DNA of 63,994 nucleotides, counting the filler, from Porpidia crustulata (taxonomy: Eukaryota), in assembly GCA_964255105.1 (NCBI GenBank). It is 5 parts of 5 records of this genome, joined end to end, with 100 filler letters (N's around TTAATTAATTAA, not from the genome) between each part and the next. Parts side by side here need not be neighbours in the genome. Positions count along the whole stretch, not along the records: positions 51,775 to 63,994 come from CAXUWE010000557.1; 4 more parts are not named here. One strand, given 5' to 3'. Position numbers and translations under genes: made by a program. Positions within the stretch are counted from its first letter, which is position 1. Each line of letters opens with the position of its first letter. The notes under the pieces were generated by a model, which searched no databases, was not told the DNA's origin, and saw nothing but the letters and a program-made list of their open reading frames with translations. Shown one piece after another: positions 63,357 to 63,994 of the stretch.

Positions 63357-63994
63357 CCTAGCTTCAGCAAGCTGTCGGGCGCTTGGTATAAGTCACGCAG
63401 CTAAGTAGTAGACCAGAGCAGGTGTAAATAGTGGTAGCCTAGCGGGACGAAGAACCGAAGGCCGGGTGCGAGGAGTGATGGTATGAGCGGAATCTGGGAA
63501 GCTGGGATGAGAAAGGAATTGGGTAGTAGTCTCATCTGTGGAAAGCTAAATATTACAGGAGATAGTTGATACAAACTTCTTCCTTCCCCCAATAATTATG
63601 ATCGTCCTCTTGCAGTCGTATGGCTAGAATAGCCGTCCTTTTTGAAAGGCGCCACGCGGGCGACAAAAAGATCCATACCGCAAAACTCGATCCCTACCAA
63701 ATTTGCTACTGTATCTGTAGCACACCTTATCTGAAACGTTACAAAGTCAAGTAGATCATGCACGACAAAAGAAGAGATTAGAAACGATGAGCTGTCAGAC
63801 TAGATATGTAGAAGAAACAAAAAATCTTCTTGAAAAAATCATCAAATCTGATTGATATTGATGAGGAACGAATTTTGCGGTATGGATTTTTGCCCTCAGC
63901 GTGGGCGCCTACACAACAAATCATATTTGAACGATAAGATACTCGTTCCCACCCCCAAACGGTCCGCCCTACCTAGGGTTAGGGCTACAGCGTA

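Noticed and set aside
63975..63985. TAGGGTTAGGG telomere-like motif
   Set aside because: Under two repeat units; expected by chance.
1..63994. tRNA, rRNA, CRISPR arrays, autonomous transposase or reverse-transcriptase genes
   Set aside because: None recognised by eye. A covariance-model scan (tRNAscan-SE, Infernal/Rfam) would be needed to exclude small RNAs.

Overview
Gene-dense, intron-rich nuclear DNA from a filamentous ascomycete (Pezizomycotina; a lichen-forming lineage is only a guess). It is a concatenation of five contigs joined by artificial 100-nt N-TTAATTAATTAA-N linkers, so adjacency across the linkers is unproven. About 24 genes can be reconstructed by hand-splicing: an R3H-SUZ protein, a ZCCHC10-like zinc knuckle, cwf18, a PPR protein, an NDT80-family factor, mL50, VIP1, SIP5, a GH3-GNAT (NGS1-like) protein, RPA190, PRP3, an expansin-like secreted protein, MAD1, COX12, an NDUFA4/MLRQ-like subunit, an RRM-only cyclophilin-E-like protein, SEC31, a HeLo-like/ankyrin pseudogene and several unknowns. 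The most notable signals concern splicing. (1) A 51-nt non-canonical AT-AC intron with U2-type signals (3886-3936) must be removed to build the CX2CX4HX4C knuckle. (2) COX12 has a 3-nt micro-exon next to a hairpin-forming intron. (3) The R3H gene has two candidate alternative first exons ending in a similar peptide. Other signals are a head-to-head pair of probable complex IV subunit genes, a 296-bp MITE with CACC/GGTG termini and a CAT target duplication, a catalytically degenerate GH3 sensor, and recurring C-rich to G-rich strand-skew switches. All calls come from reading the sequence by eye; no database search was run.
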